Below, one piece after another: positions 1-12,149 of a stretch of DNA of 64,000 nt. Each line of letters begins with the position of its first letter. Position 1 is the first letter of the stretch. The notes beneath the pieces are model-generated. The model was not told the origin of the DNA, ran no database searches, and was given only the letters and a program-made list of their open reading frames with translations. The translations under genes were made by a program, and so were the position numbers. Source of the DNA: Pseudogymnoascus verrucosus (lineage: Eukaryota); the NCBI GenBank assembly GCA_001662655.1, contig KV460207.1. One strand, written 5' to 3'.

Positions 1-420
1 TTTTCAACCCGAGTATGAAGGTATGGTACTTATACCAGATGCCCATCAACTTCATCTGACTTTTTTGATACAGTAATCCACGTCATCTTCTCTGTCGCTG
101 CTGGAGCACTCGATATACCCACACTTCTTCGAGGTGAAACTCTATCACCTAGTGACCCACATAACCTCGGTACCCGGAATTACTCTAAAACGCCAGTAGC
201 CGTGATACTCGGAAGGATGTACGATGATGTGGACTTTGCAGAAATGCGAGAGTCTTGTAAGGGAAGAAGCAACGTGCCATGGCTCAGACAGGATTTAAGT
301 AAACCTGAACCGCCGCTAGGAAATGGGTTTGCAGAGGCAATGGTGGAACGGATGAAAGCCTGCCTAAGCAACTTAGCCGTGAAGGGAATACTTAAACAGG
401 ATGGAGTCTACTTGTATTAA
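1..420 (+). CDS. 3' part of a conserved fungal hypothetical protein (5' end outside window)
   Basis: Reads FQPEYE|VIHVIFSVAAGALDIP...PVAVILGRMYDD...VPWLRQD...PPLG...Y* after removing GT-AG intron 21-73 (CTGAC branch point). Confidence 0.65.
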
Positions 421-617
421 TCAGGGGATCCAGACTACTCAACATTAAAAAAGCTCGCCTTTATACAACTTTTCGATTCAATTTACCACCTCTGGACCAC
501 CTACCCTTGAGATGGTTTATCTCCTTGATAGGATTGGACCAAATGACTGCCCTCAAAATCCATTTGTTGAGGTATTAACTCCTTTGGACCTTTATTTCCC
601 TGTTTCTTCAAAATTTC

Positions 618-2652
618 CTAGCGCTGCGTTTTGAAGTATCTAATTAAACCCTCCGTCAGCCGCTTTAGAAGCCATTCACTCTCCCTCCGCTCTGCTAATT
701 TAGCCCATTCCAGAACTCCTTCCTGTTGGAAATCTTCCTCGGAGTTAAAGGTGAGTCTTAGGAGTCTATCGTACTCGATCCATTCATCAAAGTTGTATCT
801 CTTAGGCGGAACAGCCTCTAGGTCTCCCGCTGTCTTCTGGATAGCTATTGCCAATTCCACAGCTAAATCGTGCCGATAAAAATCTTCTGTCACTGATGAT
901 TGAACAGTTGCACCCCCACTTTCATCCATTCTAGGTTGGGTACCTATACCCTCCGTTCCTGGCTTCTGAGCGCGGTTTGCGGCTTTCCTGCATGCACCTA
1001 GCACCACCCTAGACTCTCTATCCAAAGGGCGATGCCGACGTATGGATTCTGGCAGGATAGTCCAGGCCGCGAGTATAAGAGTCCCACGCTTGTACCTAGC
1101 AATAATAGTGTCGGCCATATTGGAGATTAGGATGGTCATTGTCGGAACAGCGACTAAACTCCAGACAATGAAAAACGGCTTGCCTGAATTGCTTGTAGGA
1201 GTTAGGTCTCCGTAGCCAATGGTAAGTAGTGAAATATAACAGAAGTAAAGTGCATTAGAGTACGACCAAGGTTGCTGCGACTGCTCCACCCGCCAGAATA
1301 CAAGAGCACCAATAAACCAGATAATACAAAATGCAATTACTGAGAGCGCCAGTTCACAGTGGTGTGTGACCTGACTAGTTCTTTTCTGGATTGCGCGTAG
1401 GGCATCAAATCGATCTCTTTGCTCGAGTGAATTGCCACCAATACGCATAACGTCCCTTCGATATCCACCTCTACAAGAATTCTCTGTAGAAGTAATCGGA
1501 CTAACACTAAACGTTATAGCAGAAGCTGGTGGATCGTGGCCATCGTTTCGATCTTTTTTTGTTTTCGGAACCCTAATGTCGTTGTTAAGATGCCTCACTA
1601 TACGCCTCCGGACAACGTCATGACCTAAATCTTTAACAAACTCTCGAATGCTGCTGACTAGTAATCCTAGGATGATGATACCACCAGCTGCATATGGAAA
1701 GATTAGGCCTCTACCAGATTTAGTTCCTGGTGTGAAGTCTCCGAAGCCTATGGTAAGAATAGTCTCGTCGCAAAAATACAGGGCATCTACGTACGACCAC
1801 CCACACAATTTATGAAAGATCGCAGCGCCACCTGAAAGCCATAGGCAAAGCATCATAGTTTGAAGAATCATGTTGCGTTGCTCACCCGTAAGATTGAAAT
1901 ATTGCGGATAGTGACCGAGGAAATAACCTAGCATGTTCACCATGAGTAGCATAGAACCAAAGGTGTATAATACAGCCGCGATTATTGCGTCCCAAAATCC
2001 CTGGGAATACGTCTGGCTAGGTCGATGCGGAGGTATGTATTTGTTCATGGCAATGATGGTGCTAGTGAGCTATGAAGTAGTTAAGTCATCAGTTCCACGT
2101 ACATTCAGAATGAATAAGACTCACGATGCCCGCTGCAAAGTACCATGATATTATTGTTATTGGCAACACCACGATATATCGAATCCGCCTAGTGAAGTTG
2201 AGGAGCAACGAAATATTACCCGCAATGCCACAAGCTAACGAAACAGATTTAAGCGCAATGCACCTGCATAATTTCAGTACGTGACTCATCTGCCAGCGTA
2301 TCTTCAACGAACCATGGCGGGTCTGGGAACCCGATAGAGTCCTCGTCATTTCCAGGAGCGGCTGGTGAATAATTGTTCCTCCAATATGTCACCAGCGCAG
2401 CGATTGACAAAACGTTGGCTATCGGTCCTGCGAATGCTGCGAGAAGAGGAATAACAGTCGATGCAAACCACCAATCTCTACGATTAGCGTTAGCTCTGCT
2501 TAGAATTGTAATCAAAGGTGTACTCACTGTTTCTCGTCTTTCTCAAGCTGAGGCCTACAGGCCTTTCGTTTTGGTATACAGGTAGAGTCGCGGTTCAAAG
2601 GTGACCCGTCGTCATCGCCTCTTGAGTCCGGGCTGGGACTGAAAGAATCCAT
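618..2652 (-). CDS. TOK1: Two-pore-domain outward-rectifier K+ channel (TOK1 family), spliced
   Basis: Two selectivity filters (LTIGFGD, LTIGYGD). N-terminal WWFAST..PL.A...GP.AN.LSI.ALV..WR motif typical of fungal TOK. ATG at 2652 splices via GTGAGT...CTAATCGTAG into DWWFAST. Confidence 0.9.
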
Positions 2653-2875
2653 AATATGAATGTCATAAAAAGCTGCAACAAAGATGGGCCCCAAAGTAAG
2701 ATATTAGTGGCTATTTTGACAGGGGGTAAACAGAGGAGGCAGGAGGAGCATATTAAGATAAAAGAACAATGTGGGTGATGGCAATAACTTTTCCTTCAAC
2801 GAATCTTGAGTAAGCAGATTGAAAGGCACTCTGAAGCTACGATAGCTTATTCAAGCTTGCAATGCAAGCTGGTTA

Positions 2876-3027
2876 TTCAATATACTCGGTCACATTGTAT
2901 AGTGTTACCTAGATAGTAGGCTTACTCCTGCCACAATGGCAAATTACGTCATCAACGCTGTTCAAATCTTGCAACAGGCAAATTCTAGCGAGCGAATATT
3001 ATGTGATATTCACTAAACCACGGTTTT
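2876..3027 (+). repeat. Dispersed direct repeat, copy A (copy B at 11999-12149)
   Basis: ttcaatatactcggtcaca(t/c)tgtatagtgt...gcaacaggcaaatt...gcgaatat...tgatattcact(a/g)aaccacggtttt is shared by both copies. Copy A has a ~47-bp extra segment. Confidence 0.85.
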
Positions 3028-3622
3028 AACACTTATTATAGCATCGAGATATTAAGCCACAAATTCATCAACCAGACATTAAGTAACACCGGTAACATTA
3101 CACAATTATCTCATAATTGTGTAGATCCTCAGGTCTCTTACCGCGATCCAATAGCATGTCTGCACTCCAACGTCGCTAGCTCCACCTTAGCTTTGCGAAA
3201 CTCTGGGGAAGGCCTTTCACGTCTGGCATTTTAGCGTACCATGGTGCTACGTTCTAATCCTCGCCTGTTAACTTGTTACCGGTGCCTAGTGACGAGGATA
3301 CTATGAACACTCCGTCTTTTCGCTGCCTTTGTTGGTAGTCAATCAGATGTCTGTGTGGCTGTCTCTCCCAGCAATAATGACTTTGTGGAAATTACTGCAC
3401 TACACCCTCACTACTATGCAAACATCAATACATCATAGTGAGATTTGATTGATTTCCCATCGTAATTAGCAGGGGCTTTGGATGGATTTTAATACATAAA
3501 AGATGTCTCCTCTCTCTTCACTACTCTTCCTCCAAATCTCGAACTAATACTTATTTACCAATTACTGCTGCTGCTGCTCCTGATCATAAAGAACCATTCT
3601 TCCGCAACACTAATCACCAACC

Positions 3623-4531
3623 ATGGGGGAAGCATCAAAAATCGTGTCGGTGCTCTTCCGGTTCATGCAGCTCGTCTCTGCTTCCATCGTTGCTGGCATC
3701 CTGGGGACTTATCTCCACTATGTCAGCCAGGCCCATGCCCATAAGAGTGGACGAGTTGTATATGCAATTTCGATAGCAGGAATCGCCATATTCTTCTCAC
3801 TTGTTTTGATGGCGCCTCTAAGATACTCTTTTTTTGCCTTTCCCTTCGACTTTGCAATGTTTGTCCTCTGGATAGTTGCCTTCGGACTACTTGTTAATGT
3901 ACGCTTCCATTGAATACCTTCTACGTATTTCATCAAATGTTTGTAGCATGCAGAAAGCTAATTCAAATCGGCAGCTCGTCGGAACTGGAGGCTGTCATTC
4001 AAACTGGTATTGGAGCAACTGGGGCTACTACTGGGGTCGATGGTATCGTACAGTCCCAGTCTCAGCCGTCACACAAGTTCAGGTCGGGACTGGTGCATGT
4101 GGTAGATGGCGAGCGGCTGTCGCTTGGTCTTTTATTGGAGCTTTCTTCTGGCTTTTTAGTACCGCACTAGTAAGTTTTTCTAGTTTCGTTATTATGTTGC
4201 TTTTAATATTGCAGATAATTAATACGTTATGAAGGGCATCTATGTTGTTACCCGATCTTGGTCTAGGAACAGCGACGGCAACCATACTACCGAAGTGAAA
4301 CGACGGGAGGAGAGCCATATGGCTAGTGGTGTGGCGCCCAACAATCCACATGAGAACATCAATCGTACCGGAGCAGTTACCCAAGATCAAGAAAGCGCCG
4401 CTGGGCTCGGAACATCTGTCCAAAATCAGCAGGTTGTATCTTGCAGTCAGTGTGGAACTGCTAACAGGTTAGGAAGTCAGTTCTGCAGCCATTGTGGGTC
4501 TCAACAACAACCGTCAACGAGCATGGTGTAA
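3623..4531 (+). CDS. MARVEL-domain (4-TM) membrane protein with C-terminal zinc ribbon
   Basis: LFRFMQLVSASIVAGILG, PFDFAMFVLWIVAFGLL and C..WRAAVAWSF motifs. Introns 3899-3974 and 4170-4234 join three ORFs. C-terminus CSQCG...FCSHCG. Confidence 0.8.
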
Positions 4532-4864
4532 ATGAGCGGCCGATATGAGACGTATGGAGGCAGGAAGGTTTTATGTTTCAAGAACGTTGGATTTTAGCTC
4601 CATCAATCATTCGTTCGTCTATTGCCAAAACAACTCTCTGGCGGTGCTCGATTGCACAAATCTCTCTCTCTATCACCTTCATCCACTGCCTTTGCTGCAA
4701 AGTTGAATTAATAATAGTTTCGGGTTCTTTGGATCCTATGTAGCCTATGAAAGCACTAAAATTAAGCATGGTTTCACTTTTTTGTGACTAGTATTCGGCA
4801 GTACTCGGGTTGAGCTCGAAACTTTACACTACTCGAAAATCTCCGAGCAGTACTATGAATAGTA

Positions 4865-5323
4865 CTATAACTGGTTCTTGGGCAACACTGTCCGCTCATC
4901 GTCCACGGGTTGTTCGCATCCACATTTGGTGCAGAACTTATCTCCCGACCGACAAACGTTACGGCACTCTGGACAATAGTGTGTGGCCGCCCTCTTAACC
5001 TCGGCGTCTCCAGGACCTCTATTAAATCCGGAATAAGGCGGCACATCATCAACAATTCCCGTCCCTCCCGTATTTGGTACGACGTATCGTGACTCAGCTT
5101 CGATCGCGGTATTCTTGCTCCGTTCTTTGGCAATCGCCTCGTCAATAGCCAACTGTGTGCGCCTTTCTCTCTGTTCTTCTTCACGCCTCAGCTTTTCTGC
5201 TGCCATCTCAGCAGACATTCGAGCTTCCGCATTGCGTTGCTCCTCTTCTTGTACGCCACGCCTAGCTGCTGATCGCGACACTCCATACACTACAGCAGCC
5301 CCAAGTACAGGTCTCCTAAACAT
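4865..5323 (-). CDS. Small hypothetical protein: RRPVLGAAV N-terminus, coiled coil, C-terminal zinc ribbon
   Basis: 152-aa ORF with a charged helical middle and HYCPECRNVCRSGDKFCTKCG. A likely 5'UTR intron acceptor lies just upstream of the ATG. Confidence 0.7.
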   Translation of the reverse strand: MFRRPVLGAAVVYGVSRSAARRGVQEEEQRNAEARMSAEMAAEKLRREEEQRERRTQLAIDEAIAKERSKNTAIEAESRYVVPNTGGTGIVDDVPPYSGFNRGPGDAEVKRAATHYCPECRNVCRSGDKFCTKCGCEQPVDDERTVLPKNQL

Positions 5324-5679
5324 CGCAGTCCTACAAAGGAATGAGTTAATTGGACTATGAAGGTTATAGACAAAAGGTGAGTGATAACGCCTAGTTTGCG
5401 GCTCGATACAGCCGAGAACAGAAGCGGATAAGGAGGTGAACTTACCGGTTTAAGCAATTGTTAGGCACTTAAATTTACCTGCTACACAACGTCGAACAAG
5501 CAAATGTAGCAATAATATATGGTGTTCTGGTTAAGCTAGGGCAGTAATCAGCCTCAGACAAGAATACTTCTGGATTGTCTTTTGTTAACAGGATTGAGAA
5601 CAGGATAAGTAATAGGATATGAACATAAGTGTAAGAGCATTTTATAGGTAGTGTGCAAGTGCAAAACTTGGTAAGTAAT

Positions 5680-5880
5680 TTGGTAGACCTATGCATTACG
5701 TAGCTCTCGTATAGCTTCTAAAGATTACGGACCTGATCTGTCTCCCCTAAGGGAGCCCGACATTCGATACCAATAAATAAATAACTTGGTAGACCTAGGT
5801 ATTACGTAGCTCTTACGTATAGCTTCTAAAGATTACGGACCTGATCTGTCTCCCGTAAGGGAGCCTGACATCCGACATCA
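5680..5880 (+). repeat. Tandem duplication, 2 copies, period ~106 bp, in the divergent promoter upstream of the ABC transporter
   Basis: ttggtagacct...attacgtagctct...gtatagcttctaaagattacggacctgatctgtctccc.taagggagcc.gaca starts at 5680 and at 5786. Confidence 0.9.
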
Positions 5881-6284
5881 GGTTATCACCAACAACTATA
5901 AGTTTGCTACTGTACAAAACGTCCAACATAGATGCGACAGCTTCTACAGTGAGTAGAGTAGAATAAAAATAATAGGATATGGCACCAACTCACCACGTAC
6001 TCTTCACACCGCGTACCGCGCCACCGATCCGCTGCCGTGCAATTTCGATTTATATCTACACGCAACCACTGTGACATAGTCTGATCTTGAACAACAAGAA
6101 CTTTCAATATCCTCTCACCATATGCTAACTTATTGAGAAAACCTTGAACAGTTACCGATTTCTCTACCTGTTTGATTGAGTTCAATCTGAAATCTTGACC
6201 GGCTTGCCGCATACTACCAGAGGAAATTATTGACATCAGGCTAAAGATATCAGGGTCAAGTCAGGTCGGTTTCGCCTTGGTAAA

Positions 6285-9200
6285 ATGGCTGGTATTGGGA
6301 CAGAAGAGCGAGAAAATCAGCTTTTGCTAGCTAATAATACACGACATGAAAAGAGTATTTTTGAAGAGCTTACCAATGCCGCAACAACGACTTCAAGGGT
6401 CAGAACTTTCTCAAACTCTGCAGCAAGCGGGACCCTATCCAGATCTGATACGCTTGATGGCTCTAAAGCTGAAGATCCTGCTTTAGATCCTACTAGTCCG
6501 CGCTTTGACGTGTACAAATGGGCGAGGATGATTTTGCGCGCTGCGGACAATGCAAACGTCAAGTTTCGCCGAGCTTCATTTAGTTTCAAGAACCTTGAAG
6601 TTTCAGGCTCCAGGTCGGCCATATATTTTCAGCCCAATTTGGCTTCGGTCTTCATGATACCTTTTCGACTTCGCGAATATGTCACTTTTGGCAAACGGCC
6701 AAACAAGAAGATATTGGACTCCTTTGACGGCCTCATCAAATCCGGCGAGATGCTGCTGGTGCTAGGGCGCCCCGGCAGTGGTTGCTCGACCTTCCTGAGA
6801 ACAGTAGCTGGTGAGCTTCATGGGTTGGGGGTGGGTAAAAATTCTGTGCTCCACTACAGCGGTATTGCCACCTTGGTAAAAAACATCGGTAGATTGATTT
6901 CTAACTAAAATAAAGGCATATCTCAAAAGGAAATGATTGAAAACTTCAAAGGGGAGATAGTCTACAATTCGGAGGTGGATAATCACTTTCCGCACCTTAC
7001 TGTAAGGCAGACCTTGGAATTTGCGGCTGCTGTACGCACGCCTCGCAACCGCGTTATAGCGGTATCCCGGAAAGATACTATAAAGCGTATCACCGCGGTC
7101 GTCATGGCAGTCTGTGGATTGACTCGTGCCCAAAACACGAGAGTTGGCAATGATTTCGTCAGAGGGGTCTCCGGAGGTGAAAGAAAGGTAATAAGGCTTA
7201 ATCCATGTTAAAACACTATGTGCTAATTGCCTCAAGCGTGTTAGCATTGCGGAGATGATATTGGCAAGGGCTCCCATTGGCTGTTGGGACAATAGCACTC
7301 GCGGACTTGATGCCGCCACAGCCCTTAAATTTATTCAGACTTTGAGAACGAGTGCCGATGTCGTCGGTATGACCCATGCTGTCGCAATCTATCAAGCATC
7401 TCAAGCCATTTATGAACTCTTCGATAAGGTCATTGTTCTATATGAAGGGCGAGAAATCTACTTTGGGTCTACAAGCGCTGCGAAGACCTACTTTGAGGAA
7501 ATGGGCTGGTACTGTCCACCCCGTTTGACTACAGGAGACTTTCTCACCACTGTCACCAATCATTTGACGAGAAAACCGCGACAAGGCTATGAAGGACGTG
7601 TGCCTCGATCTCCAGTTGACTTTGAGAAGTATTGGCAGGCATCTACCGAGTACAAAGCACTCCAGGATGAGATAGTGCAACATGAGAGGGAAACTTCTAG
7701 CAAAGCCTCAGCTGCTGAATTTAAAGCGTCACGTCGAGCTGTACAAGCGCGCCACATGTGGTCAAAGTCTCCGTATATCGTCAACATTCCAATGCAACTT
7801 AGGATCTGTACTAAACGTGCATATCAGCGGCTATGGAATGATAAGATTTCAACATTGACTGTAGTGATTGGACAAATTATCATGGCTCTTGTCGTGGGCT
7901 CGGTCTTTTTTGGAACACCCAACAACACAGGCAGTTTCTTTGCAAGAGGCTCGACACTTTTCTTTGGGACCCTTCTCAGCGCACTCATCGCTGTCACTGA
8001 GATCAACAATATGTATCAACAAAGGCCTATTGTTGAAAAACAAGCGTCATATGCGTAAGCCCACCGGATTACCTTGTGGCATCTTATTGATTTCTCGGTT
8101 CTAGCGGCCATCCATGATTCTTGTCATCTATGTGAAAATCTGACACCCTTGAATGCTAACTTTTTTTGGTAGCTTTTGCCACCCTTTCGCCGAAGCCCTA
8201 GCAGGTTTGGTTTCAGACGCTCCCATCAAGCTCATAATAACGATATGTTTCGATCTCATACTCTATTTCCTTGCAGGACTTAGCCCGGAGCCTTCCCAGT
8301 TCTTTATTTTTTTTCTGTTCACTCTGCTGGTCAGATTTACTATGTCTGCGATGTTCCGGACAGTAGCAGCAGCAACCAAGACGATCTCACAAGCTTTAAC
8401 AATAGCAGGTGTATTAATATTAGCAATTGTGATCTACACTGGGTACACAATTCCTCTACCATATATGCATCCATGGTTCAAATGGCTTAATTACATTAAC
8501 CCATTGGCATATGCGTTCGAGGCACTAATGGTGAACGAATTCCATGGGAGAGATTTTCCTTGTGCCAGGTAACTCACTTCAACGCCCATCCTTGCTGTAC
8601 TCTGATGCTGACTGCTCGTTTAGTTTCGTGCCATCATATCCAAATCTTTCTGGTAACACTTTCATCTGCCCAGTCACAGGCGCTGTCGCGGGACAATTAG
8701 ATGTTTCCGGGGATGCATATGTCGAAGCTAGCTTTCAGTACCACTACTCTCACATCTGGCGGAACCTCGGAATCTTAATCGGGTTCTGGATATTCTTCGT
8801 GGCAACCTATCTCATTGGAACAGAACTTAACTCGTCTACATCGAGCGCGGTCGAAGTTTTGTCTTTTCGACGAGGACATATGCCAAAAGACACCCTACAG
8901 ACTCGTAGTGTTGACGAGAGCGTTGGCCCAGTGCCAGCAGGAGATGTCAGTATTAACAGTCGGAGGCAGAGAAGTGACGATATGTCGCAACAGAGAAGCA
9001 TTTTCTCTTGGCGTGACGTTGTCTACGACATCCATATCAAGGACAAACCTCGGAGACTACTGGATCATGTTTCCGGATGGGCTAGACCTGGCACGCTCAC
9101 TGCATTGATGGGAGTGTCTGGAGCCGGAAAAACGACTCTACTAGATGTTCTAGCTCATCGTACCTCCTGTGGAGTCGTCACTGGAGATATGCTGGTCAAC

Positions 9201-11384
9201 GGCAAAGTTTTGGATTCGAGCTTTCAACGCAAGATTGGTATGGTTTACTAAGGGTAATAGTCGCCTCTGGAGCTAAAAGCTGAACATGAAACAGGCTATG
9301 TCCAGCAACAAGATGTCCATCTTGAGACCGCGACAGTTCGTGAAGCTTTACGATTTAGCGCAATGCTCCGTCAGCCGAAATCGGTATCAACAAAGGATAA
9401 ATGCAAACACGTGGAAGAGGTAATTAGGGTGAGCGTTCACCGGTTTTATTAATTCTTCTCATACTGATTAGGACAAAGATGCTTGACATGAGCGAGTTCG
9501 CTGAAGCTATAGTTGGAATACCAGGAGAAGGACTCAACGTGGAGCAACGGAAGCTTCTCTCAATTGGAGTGGAATTAGCAGCCAAACCAGCCTTGCTTCT
9601 TTTCCTAGATGAGCCAACAAGCGGTCTGGATTCACAGAGCTCGTTGGCTATTGTTTCTCTCCTTCGGAAGCTTGCAGATAATGGACAGGCAGTCCTCGCG
9701 ACAATTCATCAACCCAGTTCGATATTGTTCGAGGAATTTGATCAACTTCTTTTTCTTGCCAAGGGTGGCAGAACGGTATACTTTGGTGAGATAGGTCACA
9801 ATTCGCAAACACTTCTCGAGTACTTTAAGAAGAACGGCGCCAGATCCTGTGGGAAATCGGAGAATCCCGCAGAGTATATTTTAGAAGTCGTTGCCGCCAC
9901 AGCAATTGGTCAAACCACACAAGACTGGCCTGAGATCTGGCGGTCGAGCGACGAAAGCAGAAACAGAATACTTGAACAAGACCGCATACATCATGAGATG
10001 GGTTGTGCAACTATGGAAAACTCTAACGACGGCAACTGTGATGAGTTTGCTGTCCCTCTATACGTCCAACTTCGACATACCATTATTAGAATATTACAAC
10101 ACTACTGGCGCTCACCTACGTATATCTGGGGCAAGATCATGCTTGGTGTAGTATCCGCCCTGTGAGCCTGTCACTATTAAACTGTCTTTGGTTGTAAATC
10201 GTTAACATATAGCAGCTTTATTGGATTCTCGTTCTTCAGGTCGAACGACTCCTTACAAGGGCTACAAAATGTCCTATTCAGCATTTTTATGCTGACCTCA
10301 ATTATGAGCTCGCTCGTTCAACAGGTTAGGTCGTCTAATCAGCCAGTCTTGAAATCGTGTGTTGCTAATCCGGGTAGATTATGCCACGCTTTGTGCTGCA
10401 AAGATCGCTATATGAGGTCGGCCACCTACAGTACCTGGGCTCTTGATGTAGTGTAAATTAATGCGATCAGGTTCGCGAGCGTCCGTCTAAAATATACTCC
10501 TGGATCGCTTTCATCCTCGCCAACATAATAGTCGAAATACCCTACCAAATCATTCTTGGGATTCTGGTTTTTGGGTCTTACTATTATCCAATTTTTGGGT
10601 GTGACTTTCCGTTTAAAGCATATCATAACTTTTGCTAATTCTGCTAGTATACAATCTTCCCAACGCCAAGGTCTCATCCTGCTGTTCTGCATTCAAATCT
10701 TTCTCTTTGCTAGTACATTCGCACATTTAGTGATTGTCGCATTGCCCGACGCTCAGACTGCCGGAGCAGTTGCAACTCTTGTGTTGTCCCTAACCATGAT
10801 TTTCAACGGGTGAGCCAGTTCTTGACAATATGCAAGGTTGACGAGCTAAAGCGCATAGGGTCTTTCAACCACCACAAGCCCTTCCGGGGTTCTGGATCTT
10901 CATGTATCGTGTTAGTCCACTGACTTATATTGTTAGTGGTGTTGCGTCAGGTGGTCTGTCCGGCCGACCAGTGCAGTGCTCCACGAGCGAGATCCAAGTC
11001 TTTGACCCATCGAGTGGTCTGACTTGTGGCGCTTACCTCCAGCCTTTTTTGACTCAGGCACCCGGCCAACTACTCAATCCAGATGCCACCAGTCAATGTC
11101 AGTATTGCCCCTTGTCAACCGCAGACCAGTTTCTTGCCATGTCTGAGATCTCGTGGAGTACACGATGGAGAAACTTTGGTATTGTGTGGGCTTACATTAT
11201 CTTCAACACGGTCATGACGATGGCACTTTATTACGCCTTCAGGGTCACAAAGTGGAGTTGGGCAAGCCGACCAAAGGTCTTGCAGTGGCTGCTCATGAAA
11301 GTAGGATATTATGCCAGGGCATTGCTGGTAGGATACTTTGGGAAGTCTCCAGTTGAGAAAGGCGGAGAACATCATCTTTTTTAA
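6285..11384 (+). CDS. Full-length PDR/ABCG multidrug ABC transporter (NBD-TMD x2), multi-intron
   Basis: NBD1 Walker [10 protein letters not shown], signature VSGGERKRVSIAE, Walker [14 protein letters not shown]2 [29 protein letters not shown] motifs HIWRNLGI and CQYCP...WRNFGI. The intron junctions I checked restore frame. Confidence 0.95.
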
Positions 11385-11389
11385 CAAAG

Positions 11390-11712
11390 TCGTTTCGATG
11401 TTCGTCCTAACATTATAATGATTTATTGATTTGCTACATAAGCTTTTTCCGGAATCATCAATGTCAAAGAGCCGGTGTTTTCATATCACTTCCGACCTTT
11501 GGACCTCAAGCAACAATAAATCGATCCTTGGAATAATCGTCCACTAAGTTATATCTTAAGGAAAGGAATACTGGTGCATTAGGTTCTTGGCGTACGAGAG
11601 GTTCAGGGCGAGCATACTAGTGAAAATTAAGCTTTGGTTTTTCACAGTTCATCGAGGAAACTGGGTATTTTGTTGGAGACAATGCAAGTATTAATGATAC
11701 ACTATGTAAGTT
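11390..11712 (+). pseudogene. Degenerate, internally deleted hAT (Restless/Tfo1-like) transposase fragment
   Basis: Hand translation gives FIDLLHKLFP, FHITSDLWTSSNNKSILGIIVH*, VH*VLGVREVQGEHTSEN*A and GYFVGDNASINDTLCK in the correct order. These match hAT core motifs D-x-W-T, GxHxGEN and DNAS-N. Frameshifts and stops are present. Confidence 0.85.
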
Positions 11713-11998
11713 ACGGATAAAATTATTATGGCGTCGCGATTGAGTTTTTGACGTGCGCATTTGTAATATTCGGGGTGTGAAATTGGCCGGTACCCTCCCA
11801 AAGCACCAACTAAGCCTAAGTACCAACCCACACTCTTCAAACACGCTTCGTAACGGAGCTATGGCATCATTAACACTACTTGGTTCTACACCCACTTTGC
11901 GATGGGGTTTCACAGTCCCCCTTCCCCCTTTCCCCCTTTCCCCCTCTTTTACAACCCTTCGCCTATTTCCCCTCTACATCCCATCTATAAGCTAGGGT

Positions 11999-12149
11999 TT
12001 CAATATACTCGGTCACACTGTATAGTGTGACATAGATATAGTGTGACATAGATATAGTGTGACATAGATATAGTGTGACATAGATAGTAAGCTTGCAACA
12101 GGCAAATTAGCGGGCGAATATCATTTGATATTCACTGAACCACGGTTTT
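11999..12149 (+). repeat. Dispersed direct repeat, copy B, containing 4 perfect 16-bp tandem units (TATAGTGTGACATAGA, 12021-12084)
   Basis: Aligns by eye to 2876-3027. Units start at 12021, 12037, 12053 and 12069. Confidence 0.9.

Noticed and set aside
2889..2912. Helitron 3' end (hairpin + CTAG) in repeat copy A
   Set aside because: CTAG abuts the stem rather than lying ~10-15 nt downstream, copy B lacks it, and homology continues past it.
6762..6791. Walker A lacking lysine (GSGCST) as sign of a dead transporter
   Set aside because: This degenerate NBD1 is normal for fungal PDR transporters.
11720..11995. Short ORFs and C-rich tract after the hAT relic as a gene
   Set aside because: No recognisable motif. 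Probably decayed repeat DNA that I cannot classify.
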